Position numbers and translations under genes: made by a program. A DNA stretch of 56,316 bases from Candidatus Heimdallarchaeota archaeon. GTDB taxonomy: Archaea; Asgardarchaeota; Heimdallarchaeia; Heimdallarchaeales; Heimdallarchaeaceae. How positions within the stretch are numbered: the first letter of the stretch is position 1; each line of letters begins with the position of its first letter. Below are positions 27,462 to 36,115 of this stretch, in pieces. The stretch lies in NCBI GenBank assembly GCA_030668825.1, contig DAOVET010000008.1:1-56316 (forward strand), given 5' to 3'. The notes beneath the pieces are model-generated. The model had not been told where the DNA came from, did no database searches, and worked only from the letters and a program-made list of their open reading frames with translations.

Positions 27462-28973
27462 ATGGTAATCCATGAGGTAAATTTGCATCCATTTAGAAGA
27501 GTAAATATTCGCGTTCTAGTGGTAGCTAATCTTATTTCAGGATTGATTTTTGGCTTCTACAATGTAATTTTACAACCTTTTATTGTTAAATTAATTGAGT
27601 CAACTGGAAAAAATGTTAATCCTGAAGAAACTCTTGGTTTAATCATGACTGCAGCAGCTCTTATCCAAATTTTACCGATGGTTTTTGCATCAAAAATAAG
27701 TGATAAAATAGGCAGAAAAAGAGTAGTTCTTGGAAGTTTTATCTTTCTTCCAGTTTCAATGTTATTATTTGGTACTTCAGGACTTCTTTCTATAAAATAT
27801 CCATTTTCCTACTATTCCTTTGGAGCAAACTTTCCTCTAAAAATAGCTAGTTTTTCTGAAATTGCAACAACTAGTTTTCCTGTAACTTACGCTCTCGCTG
27901 TAGCATTTTTGGGATTATCCTGTGTATCTATTGCATTTGGCTTTGGTGATCCAGCTGTGAGTGCTTTGGTGGCTGAAAGTGCAGAGAAAAAGAAAACAGC
28001 ATCCTCGTTCAGTATTATCAGTTTAGCATTTTACGCAACTGGCTTAATAGGACCTTTAGTTATTCGTGTTTTAACTGATAGAATTGAAATATGGGTATAT
28101 TTCTATGTTCTAGCGGTACTACGACTTATTATGTTTCTTTATCAGCTGTTCGCTTTGAAAGAACCCCACATAATTAAAGACTATACTTCAAGCATATCCA
28201 AACAGTTCTTGCAATCGTTGATAGCAGTTTATCAGATGTTCCTACAAACGTTCAAATCAATGTTTCTCTACATCTCCATTCCCTATTATTTCATAAAAAG
28301 AAGAAAAAAACAACCAGTAAGAAGTGATTACTATAATGAAGTTGAAACAAACCTAACTCTATTTAGAGATATATTTCGTAATCCAGGAGTTCCTTATGCA
28401 ATTGGATTTTTCATCTTAGATGCTTTAACCTGGGGGTTAAGCATTAGCATCTTCTGGGGAAGTTTGGTCACTCAATATGATTTTAATGAAGGCAATATAG
28501 CTGTTCTTCAACTTGCTTTCAGTGTTAGTACATTGTTAATCTTTATCCCAGTTACTAAAATATCGGATAAATTGAAAAAAACAGAACTTTTACTTCTGAG
28601 TCAACTTACAGGAAGTTTATTCTTCACTTCTAATATTATAGCGTATTTCACTCTTCCACAGTATAGATTGTACATAATCATGATTGGGTGGGTAGGAATG
28701 GGTGCAAGTGTTGCATTCTGGATGCCAGGAATAATGTCTATTTTAACTGATTTTGATAAAAATCGAAGAGCTGAAACTTATGGTATGGTTCAAGGTCTTC
28801 ATCTATTGGGTTGGTTTCCAACAGCTATTCTTGCTGGAGTGATTATTTCGAGAGTCAATTTTCTAGCTGTTTTTATTATCAGTATGGTTCTCTTTCCATT
28901 TAACCTTCTAATGGCATGGAAGTTCCCTGCCAAGGAAGATAAAGATGATAAAGAAAAAACAGTTGAAGATTAA
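27462..28973 (+). CDS. MFS transporter
   Basis: About 12 TM segments, motif A SKISDKIGRKR and repeat TKISDKLKK. Confidence 0.88.
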   Translation: MVIHEVNLHPFRRVNIRVLVVANLISGLIFGFYNVILQPFIVKLIESTGKNVNPEETLGLIMTAAALIQILPMVFASKISDKIGRKRVVLGSFIFLPVSMLLFGTSGLLSIKYPFSYYSFGANFPLKIASFSEIATTSFPVTYALAVAFLGLSCVSIAFGFGDPAVSALVAESAEKKKTASSFSIISLAFYATGLIGPLVIRVLTDRIEIWVYFYVLAVLRLIMFLYQLFALKEPHIIKDYTSSISKQFLQSLIAVYQMFLQTFKSMFLYISIPYYFIKRRKKQPVRSDYYNEVETNLTLFRDIFRNPGVPYAIGFFILDALTWGLSISIFWGSLVTQYDFNEGNIAVLQLAFSVSTLLIFIPVTKISDKLKKTELLLLSQLTGSLFFTSNIIAYFTLPQYRLYIIMIGWVGMGASVAFWMPGIMSILTDFDKNRRAETYGMVQGLHLLGWFPTAILAGVIISRVNFLAVFIISMVLFPFNLLMAWKFPAKEDKDDKEKTVED

Positions 28974-28978
28974 TTACT

Positions 28979-29824
28979 TCAGAATGGTCTTTTAAGGTTA
29001 AGTACACTTAATTCTTCTTTTATTTTAATTGTTGTCCAATTCAGATACTGTTTAACTTCCTCCTCCCTTCTCTCATCATAATAGAAGTAGCATACTAACC
29101 AGAAATCACTTTCTTGTTCAGATAGTTGTCTCAAGAACCATCCTTCCATTAACTCATTTGTATCAATATCTAGGTTTTCTAATCCATCCCTTTCCTTTTT
29201 TGAAAGAGACGATTTAACGAATATTTCACTGTCAATCGAGAACGCAGTTAATAATTCTGAAAACAATAAAACACTATCTTTTTCTTGTAATTCAGTGCTT
29301 TCTATAAATGTGAATACTTTCCCTTGATCTATATCACCAATGAAGAAGTCTGCAACATATATGCTTTCGGCTTCTTCAAGGTTCTTCAATTTTCGTTTTA
29401 ATTCATCCAAGAATTGAGGATTTAAAATCTCTGTTGGAAAATTTTGGGTGTACTTTGCTATTGCTTTTGCTCTTCCAATAATTTCAGTTGGAGGATCAAA
29501 GGTTTCAAATGAGATATACTTTGATAGAACACTGAAGATAGCTTGTCCTTTTTTCTCCAGGTACTCATTATTATCGAATAAATCTGTGAAAAAAACAATT
29601 CTAAGTGGATTCGTTTCTCCCAAAGGTGAATATAGGTATATCTTTATGTCTTCTAAAGCTGCATTGACTAGTCCTCTATTACTTGCAGTACATTCAATAA
29701 CAAAATTATTGAGAGCACTAATCATTGGCCAGATTAAAGCTTCACTGACTTGAAGAGTGTTATCTTGATAAATAGTTCGCCCTAGACCTATCTCAATATC
29801 AATGAAAGCAACCAGATGAATCAT
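28979..29824 (-). CDS. Hypothetical protein with probable N-terminal longin-like domain
   Basis: MIHLVAFID...LIWPMISALNNFVIE...LEDIKIYLY...IVFFTD.FDN follows the beta-beta-alpha-beta-beta-beta-alpha pattern of Asgard longin-like proteins (by eye). Confidence 0.55.
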   Translation of the reverse strand: MIHLVAFIDIEIGLGRTIYQDNTLQVSEALIWPMISALNNFVIECTASNRGLVNAALEDIKIYLYSPLGETNPLRIVFFTDLFDNNEYLEKKGQAIFSVLSKYISFETFDPPTEIIGRAKAIAKYTQNFPTEILNPQFLDELKRKLKNLEEAESIYVADFFIGDIDQGKVFTFIESTELQEKDSVLLFSELLTAFSIDSEIFVKSSLSKKERDGLENLDIDTNELMEGWFLRQLSEQESDFWLVCYFYYDERREEEVKQYLNWTTIKIKEELSVLNLKRPF

Positions 29825-29931
29825 TATTCTTTCTACAATTTAATTGTTCATAAAACTATCTCTACTTCTGGACAATTACAATAAGCTTATTAATAAAAAG
29901 TCAAATCTTTAATAAAAACGCCGATGATACT

Positions 29932-30381
29932 ATGCAACTTGAAACCTCTGCGGGCATTGTAATATATAATTCTGGCCGCTATCTACTGCTCAACTATGGA
30001 CGAAGCAGGATAACAGAGAATCGGTATGGGTTGACCAAAGGCAGGATAGAGGGGAAGGAAACAGTTATTCAAGCTGCCCTCAGAGAAGCATTCGAGGAGA
30101 CAGGAATAGAAGATATATCCGTTTTGGAAGAGTTTCAACATAAAATTACTTATTATTTCACAAGAGGTTCTCAGAAAATCAAAAAAACAGTCATTTATAT
30201 AATAGGGATATCATCAACAACTGAAGTAAAAATTTCAAAGGAACATATAGGATTCCTGTGGTGTACCTATGAAGAAGCTTTGAAAACTTTAACTTTTGAA
30301 AACACAAGAAAAGTTATAAGAGCAGCTGAAAGGTATTTACGCGAAAATGAACTTGCAAAAGAACCTTCAGAGGGGATTTAA
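29932..30381 (+). CDS. NUDIX hydrolase, Ap4A hydrolase-like
   Basis: SAG, Nudix box GRIEGKETVIQAALREAFEETG and S.EH..F.W motifs. Confidence 0.9.
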   Translation: MQLETSAGIVIYNSGRYLLLNYGRSRITENRYGLTKGRIEGKETVIQAALREAFEETGIEDISVLEEFQHKITYYFTRGSQKIKKTVIYIIGISSTTEVKISKEHIGFLWCTYEEALKTLTFENTRKVIRAAERYLRENELAKEPSEGI

Positions 30382-30948
30382 GTGGTAATTACTGAAAAAG
30401 ACCTACTAAACAAAGCTCCTGTAATTAAAAAACCAAAAACACTTAATCCATTGGGGGCAATAATTTTAGCTGCGCTTTTAGGAGGAGGACAAGCACTAAT
30501 CCGTAATAGTTTTGTAAGACACAAAATACCTGTAGGTTTGGGGATTTTAGGAGTTATATTGGTAATCATATCAATATTCTTTGTCTTAGCAGCTGTATCT
30601 TTATCTGCAAAAACAGTTCTTTTCACAGCAAAAATTGAATCTTCAAAAACAATTTACACACAAATAGCTCTTCAAATTATGTTTTTCTACATTGGATTTC
30701 TACCAATATATGGTTTTAGTATTGTTTATTTCGATAAGACACTAGCTTTATGGGAAATCCTGAGTATAACACTTTCCATTTTGATAACTTTTGCAGCAAT
30801 TCTATATGTTAACATAAATATTATGCAAAGGGATGAAGCAAAGCTTGGGGACTTAAAGAAACCCTTCTACCAGCCTAAGAAACTAGTCATAATAGTTCTG
30901 AGCTCTTTTATTCCAATAATAGCTACAGTAGTTGTAAGTCTGATATAA
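30382..30948 (+). CDS. Hypothetical membrane protein (~5 TM)
   Basis: Hydrophobic segments. The GTG start directly follows the NUDIX stop. Confidence 0.7.
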   Translation: MVITEKDLLNKAPVIKKPKTLNPLGAIILAALLGGGQALIRNSFVRHKIPVGLGILGVILVIISIFFVLAAVSLSAKTVLFTAKIESSKTIYTQIALQIMFFYIGFLPIYGFSIVYFDKTLALWEILSITLSILITFAAILYVNINIMQRDEAKLGDLKKPFYQPKKLVIIVLSSFIPIIATVVVSLI

Positions 30949-30953
30949 CTAAT

Positions 30954-31331
30954 TCAATCAATCATTTTGAAATTCTGTTTAGTTAAATCATCTTGTAAAC
31001 TCTGAAATGTTTTAACTGCTGTATCAAAGTCTACTCTATTTGACACTGTTTCTACTGATTTAATGGTAGCTCCCTTGAATTTCCATAGTTCAACACTATA
31101 GACATAGGCATCTGGTTCGGGTATATGTAGTCCTGATCGATCATACACATATCCTGATCTTTGACCAAATGATAACATCAGTATAAACCAATACTGAGGC
31201 CTAGGATCATCATCTTCAGATGGTTTAGTTAGTGTAATCGTTTCTTCAATTGTTCCACTTTTAGTCTGAGCTGATAGTTCTAACTTCTTCCTATTTTTAT
31301 ACACATCTGGTGGTGTTCTTCTAGAAGACAT
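30954..31331 (-). CDS. Hypothetical protein (weak WGR-domain-like pattern)
   Basis: 125-aa ORF divergent from polB, with beta strands followed by the helix DTAVKTFQSLQDDLTKQNF. Confidence 0.6.
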   Translation of the reverse strand: MSSRRTPPDVYKNRKKLELSAQTKSGTIEETITLTKPSEDDDPRPQYWFILMLSFGQRSGYVYDRSGLHIPEPDAYVYSVELWKFKGATIKSVETVSNRVDFDTAVKTFQSLQDDLTKQNFKMID

Positions 31332-31389
31332 ATAACAACATAATAAAATGTGACTTAATAGATTAAAAATCTAACGTATACAAACGTGG

Positions 31390-31462
31390 TTTAAATACTG
31401 AAAACATGATTTTTTTTCTAGTTGTTCGTAAATCCCCCTAGTATTTAAAAAGAGTTTAAATA
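31390..31462. promoter_or_regulatory. Divergent promoter region with inverted TTTAAATA (TATA-like) boxes
   Basis: TTTAAATACT at 31390-31399, its exact complement AGTATTTAAA at 31440-31449, and another TTTAAATA ending at 31462, all between divergent genes. Confidence 0.4.
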
Positions 31463-31493
31463 ATACAGAGGGATTAATGTACATCAACAGTGC

Positions 31494-34136
31494 GTGAAAA
31501 GTGTTAGAGAGATGAATGACACTCCCTCTCCTTTGGAATTCTTATTAATAGATTTAGACTTTTTTATTCGCGAAAAGGAAAATGAAACTGAAGAACCTAT
31601 TGTTAGAATAAGAGGGAAGACAAAAGATAATAAGACTCTAATCATCCATGTGACTGGTTTTTATCCATATTTCTATATTGACGACCTTGCAGAGACTACA
31701 AATGCAATTCAGAGTCTTCTTTATACTGAAAAGGAATTTGGAGATTGGATACAGAATCACTACCAAATTACTAAATACAAATATTATCAAAATAAACCAA
31801 TTTTTCTTTACAAAATACTTGGTAGAAATCCTTGGCGTATTTATAAATATAGTAATAAATTAAAAGAAAAAGGGATTGAAAGCTATGAAAAGGATATTTC
31901 TTATGTTTCAAGATTTCTTATAGACACAAATATCAAAAGTCTCAATTGGGTTGAAATATCTAATTATGAAGAGAAAGAATCTCATGAATTTGGAAGAGTT
32001 ATAGAAACTGATTTTCATAATATTAAGAATTTGGAAAAAAGAGAACCTTTTCAATTTACTATTCTTAGTCTAAATATTGTTATCAACTCTTTGACAAAAG
32101 AAGGTAAAAAAATCCAGAATTTTTCCAGTATTCTAGGAGAAAGCAAACAAAGAATTATTACTGCATCTATAAGTTGGAGCCAAGATGGAATCAATATAGA
32201 GTCTAAAAACTTCTTTCTTGAAAAAGAAGACAATGATTGTGAAAGAGAACTTATTAATAATCTAATCAACGAAATTCATTCTATTTCACCAGAAATAATT
32301 GTTACTTTTAACGGAAATCAAGTAACCTTACCTTATCTTATTGCTCGCATGGAAACTCTAGGGTTAGATTCAGAGAGACTGGGACCATTTCAAGATGCTA
32401 AAATCAAACCGCCAGTAGGATATTTAGGCTATAGAATCCCAGGTTATATTTCCTACGATCTAGTTAAAAGTACTCGATGGTTGAGAACAAAATCTGGTAA
32501 GAAAAATCTGACTGAATTCTCCAGAGAACTTCTGAATATTGAAAGAGAAGCCGATTATGATACAATTAATCAATATTGGTCTAATGTTTACTTAAAGAAT
32601 CAGAAGAAGTATGAGAAAAAGCTTGTTGATTCTTGCACTTTAGACTCAAAAATAATTTATCATCTGTTTTTCGAAATGGGTATGCTAGAATGGGTTGAGG
32701 TTATAAAACTTGTAGGTCTTCGCCCTTCTGAGGGAATATACTCAACTCCAAGACACATAGGAGAATTTCAACTTTTTAGAGTTTTGAAACATAAAGATAC
32801 ATTAATACCACCTGAACCAACGAGAAAAGAATTAGCTTATAGAAAGAGCACAAGATCAATGGCAATAGGAGGGTTTGTTTTAGTTCCAAAAGGTACTTTG
32901 CATTCCGCTGTATTAATAGCTGATTTTAGATCAATGTTTCCATCAATCATGGTTGCATTTAACATTGGAGGTGAAAGCTATGAGGGGTCCATGGCATTAC
33001 CTGAGAAAAAGTTTCGTAACGAACCTGATACTGGGATACGAGTGATGATGAGGGATCTTCTGGAGGAGAGAAAGGAAATTAAGAAAGAAATCTCTGATCT
33101 TGAAACATATCTTCGAACTTATTCGGATTCTGAGAAAAAAAGAGGTTTAGAGAAAGAACTCCACAAATTAAAGACTAAATCAGGTGCTCTAAAAGTCACA
33201 GCAAACTCACTTTATGGTAGTCATAATTACGTAGGAAGCCGCTTTTATGATACTGAAATCGCTAATGCAATTACAAGTATTGCAAAGGAATATATTAAGA
33301 AAGTGGATAAATGGACGCAAGAAATATCTGATAATAAATGTCAGGTGATTTATGGAGATACAGATAGTATTTTTGTGAAACTAGCTGACACAGATGCAAT
33401 ATTTAACTTAGCAGAAAGAATTAAGGAAGGACAATCTTTTAAGTTATCAGATGCTCCTGAGGTTCAAGAATTATTGGAGTTTTATGAGTCTAAACTTCCA
33501 AAAGAGATGGAATTAGAATTTGTTGATCTAGCCTTAAGAATTGTTTTTGCTCCTGAAACGAAGAAGAGATACAGTTATATCAGCGTTGTAACTGGTGACC
33601 TTACAATTGTTGGTTTTGAAGCAATCCGCAGTGATACTTCACCATTCGCAAAAGAGGTTCAAAAAGCTGCATTACAATGTGTTTTAGAAGATGGAGATCT
33701 TGAAAAAGCTAGAACAAAAGTGATTGAGTTATGTCTTGAATTTAAGAAAATTTCTGGAGAAGAACTTATCCAAAAAACAACCATTCTTGGTCCCATCAGA
33801 AGGAATCCGAAAGATTACAAATCAAAAACCCCTGCTATCGGTGCTCTCGAAGATTATTCTATGCGAATGGATCTAAATTTAGATGAAATATGGAAGGATT
33901 TTGAAAGATTTCCCTTCATAATTCTTGAAGGAAGCTCTTCCCTATACAAACGAGCTCAACATCCAACTCTCGTTGACGTTCAAAAAATCGACAAAGAGCA
34001 TTATCTAGAAGAAGCTTTAAGGGATGTAAAGCGGATTGGTGTGAAAGTGGAACTTAAAGATATTCAAACACCAAGTCAGAAAACTCTTGATTTCTCTTCA
34101 TCTACATCTAACAACAACAAGGTAAGTAAGAAGTAA
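31494..34136 (+). CDS. polB: Family B DNA polymerase with inactivated 3'-5' exonuclease
   Basis: HVTGFYPYFY, motif A DFRSMFPS, motif B KVTANSLYG, motif C YGDTDS and KKRY. The ExoI and ExoII acidic residues are missing. Alternative start at ATG 31512. Confidence 0.92.
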   Translation: MKSVREMNDTPSPLEFLLIDLDFFIREKENETEEPIVRIRGKTKDNKTLIIHVTGFYPYFYIDDLAETTNAIQSLLYTEKEFGDWIQNHYQITKYKYYQNKPIFLYKILGRNPWRIYKYSNKLKEKGIESYEKDISYVSRFLIDTNIKSLNWVEISNYEEKESHEFGRVIETDFHNIKNLEKREPFQFTILSLNIVINSLTKEGKKIQNFSSILGESKQRIITASISWSQDGINIESKNFFLEKEDNDCERELINNLINEIHSISPEIIVTFNGNQVTLPYLIARMETLGLDSERLGPFQDAKIKPPVGYLGYRIPGYISYDLVKSTRWLRTKSGKKNLTEFSRELLNIEREADYDTINQYWSNVYLKNQKKYEKKLVDSCTLDSKIIYHLFFEMGMLEWVEVIKLVGLRPSEGIYSTPRHIGEFQLFRVLKHKDTLIPPEPTRKELAYRKSTRSMAIGGFVLVPKGTLHSAVLIADFRSMFPSIMVAFNIGGESYEGSMALPEKKFRNEPDTGIRVMMRDLLEERKEIKKEISDLETYLRTYSDSEKKRGLEKELHKLKTKSGALKVTANSLYGSHNYVGSRFYDTEIANAITSIAKEYIKKVDKWTQEISDNKCQVIYGDTDSIFVKLADTDAIFNLAERIKEGQSFKLSDAPEVQELLEFYESKLPKEMELEFVDLALRIVFAPETKKRYSYISVVTGDLTIVGFEAIRSDTSPFAKEVQKAALQCVLEDGDLEKARTKVIELCLEFKKISGEELIQKTTILGPIRRNPKDYKSKTPAIGALEDYSMRMDLNLDEIWKDFERFPFIILEGSSSLYKRAQHPTLVDVQKIDKEHYLEEALRDVKRIGVKVELKDIQTPSQKTLDFSSSTSNNNKVSKK

Positions 34137-34155
34137 GTTTTCTCATTGTTTAACA

Positions 34156-34845
34156 TTACATTTCTTCTATTTCCTCAAATAGCAAGGATAATAATGTATT
34201 AACTTCATTCCTATGTTTTTTATCTTCAGCCATTTTTTTTACTGCATTTAGAACTGAAAGATTAGAAAAAAGCAAAATTAAGTTCCAGAGTTTATCATCT
34301 ATGTCAAATCCATAGTCAGTCTTGAGGGAGTTCATAGATTCATGGGTTAAATCAATCATATTCTTTATTACTGATGTTAGACTTTCAATTTTAAACTCAT
34401 TCAAATCTGTAAAAACCTTATCTGCCATTTTTCTTACAATTCTCTGTACAGGTCTTTCAGGTAAAGGAACCCTTGCTTCTAATTCTGTGGGTTCCAATTC
34501 ATCAAGAGGAGCCCAAAGAAGAAGATTTATTGCATCGGGTTGATAACTTGCGCGATAGTACTTTATGGTTTTTGCCATATTCTTGATTTCTTCTTCTCTG
34601 ATTACATAGATCAATTTTGATTTCTCAAGAATCTGTAAATGATGATAAACGGCTTGAGGAGTACTGTCAATTTTGTTAGCAATTTCAGATAAGTTGAGCT
34701 CTTCCTCAGATAAGTGTTTCAGAATTGTTATACGCCTATTTGACCCTAAAGCTTTGCTTATATCAACAGTTTCTCCTTTTCTCAACTTTATGATATTCAG
34801 ATCTTTACTCTCGGATTCATCCTTTGACATATTACACGTAACCAT
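34156..34845 (-). CDS. ArsR-family winged-helix transcription regulator
   Basis: KALGSNRRITILKHL..EELNLSEIA...STPQAVYHHLQILE...KYYRA. Confidence 0.85.
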   Translation of the reverse strand: MVTCNMSKDESESKDLNIIKLRKGETVDISKALGSNRRITILKHLSEEELNLSEIANKIDSTPQAVYHHLQILEKSKLIYVIREEEIKNMAKTIKYYRASYQPDAINLLLWAPLDELEPTELEARVPLPERPVQRIVRKMADKVFTDLNEFKIESLTSVIKNMIDLTHESMNSLKTDYGFDIDDKLWNLILLFSNLSVLNAVKKMAEDKKHRNEVNTLLSLLFEEIEEM

Positions 34846-35044
34846 GAAAAATTCATTCGCTGCTTTTTTTAGTTTTTGGTATAAGTCATCTAGAATCGAA
34901 TAACAAGCAGTAGAAAATGTGAAACCCTTCCTTTTAAAAATATTTAACTAAAATTTGGAGATGTTCAAACATGTAAATCAATAATCGACAGATTTATAGT
35001 CAAGCTTACTTCACTTAACTCGCTTATCGGCGAATAATTTTTAA

Positions 35045-36070
35045 GTGGTTCAATTGGCATTGTTTGAAGCAGAATTTTATGAGAAAAGAGAGGGAAAGAA
35101 AGTTCAGTGTTTGCTTTGTCCAAGAAACTGTATAATTCAATCTGGAGAACTAGGTAACTGTCAGGCAAGAAAAAATATTGATGGGAATCTATATGCACTT
35201 GGATACAATAGATTTACTTCAGTTCATGCTGATCCTATAGAGAAGAAACCAATTTATCATTACAAACCAGGTTCTTCAACAATGAGTTTTGGAACAGCCG
35301 GATGCAATCTTCATTGTGCTTTTTGTCAGAATTGGAATATCAGCCAAATATCAGCAGAGAGCAATAACTTGATTCAAATTACACCTCAAAATGCTATCGA
35401 TATGACTCGAAAAAACAAATGTGAAACAATTGCTTATACTTACAATGAACCTTTAATCAACTGGGAATGGATACGAGATACAGGTAAGCTAGCTCATGAA
35501 AATCATATAGGAAATGTTCTTGTTTCTAATGGAATGATTAATGAAAAACCACTTGAAGAATTGTTACCAATTATTGATGCAGTTAATTTTGATATCAAAG
35601 CCTTTACTGAGGATTTTTATAAAGAATTAACATCTTTTCCTGCTCTGAAATACGTCAAACAAAATGCCATCAGAATGTGGAAAGAAGGCGTTCATGTTGA
35701 ATTAACTATGTTACTTATACCCGATTACAATGATTCTTCTGACGAAACAAAACAATTTTCACGGTGGGTAATTAATGAAATGGATGAAAATGTTCCCGTT
35801 CATTTTAGTCGATTTTATCCTCATTACAAAATGCAACATGTGTCTCCAACTCCAGTTGATACGGTGATTGAAGCCAAAAGAATCGCAGAAGAAGAAGGTC
35901 TTAACTTCGTTTATACGGGAAACCTTCCTTACTCTGAAATAAATACAACCTTTTGCTTAAATTGCGGTAAAACCTTGGTTGAGAGGTTATCTTACAATGT
36001 CAAAATTAAACAACTCTCAAATGGTGGAACTTGCAAAAACTGCGGAAAACAAACTTCGATAAGAGTATAG
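35045..36070 (+). CDS. amrS: AmmeMemoRadiSam system radical SAM enzyme
   Basis: CLLCPRNC, DPIEKKP, GCNLHCAFCQNW.IS, YTYNEP, HFSRFYP and C-terminal CxxC pairs. Confidence 0.92.
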   Translation: MVQLALFEAEFYEKREGKKVQCLLCPRNCIIQSGELGNCQARKNIDGNLYALGYNRFTSVHADPIEKKPIYHYKPGSSTMSFGTAGCNLHCAFCQNWNISQISAESNNLIQITPQNAIDMTRKNKCETIAYTYNEPLINWEWIRDTGKLAHENHIGNVLVSNGMINEKPLEELLPIIDAVNFDIKAFTEDFYKELTSFPALKYVKQNAIRMWKEGVHVELTMLLIPDYNDSSDETKQFSRWVINEMDENVPVHFSRFYPHYKMQHVSPTPVDTVIEAKRIAEEEGLNFVYTGNLPYSEINTTFCLNCGKTLVERLSYNVKIKQLSNGGTCKNCGKQTSIRV

Positions 36071-36115
36071 TATTAGCTAGTTTTCCCCTTATTGTTTCAC
36101 AATTAAGTTTATATT

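Noticed and set aside
31477-31497. Six-codon uORF (MYINSA) overlapping the polB GTG
   Set aside because: Too short to support, and the true polB start is uncertain (31494 or 31512).
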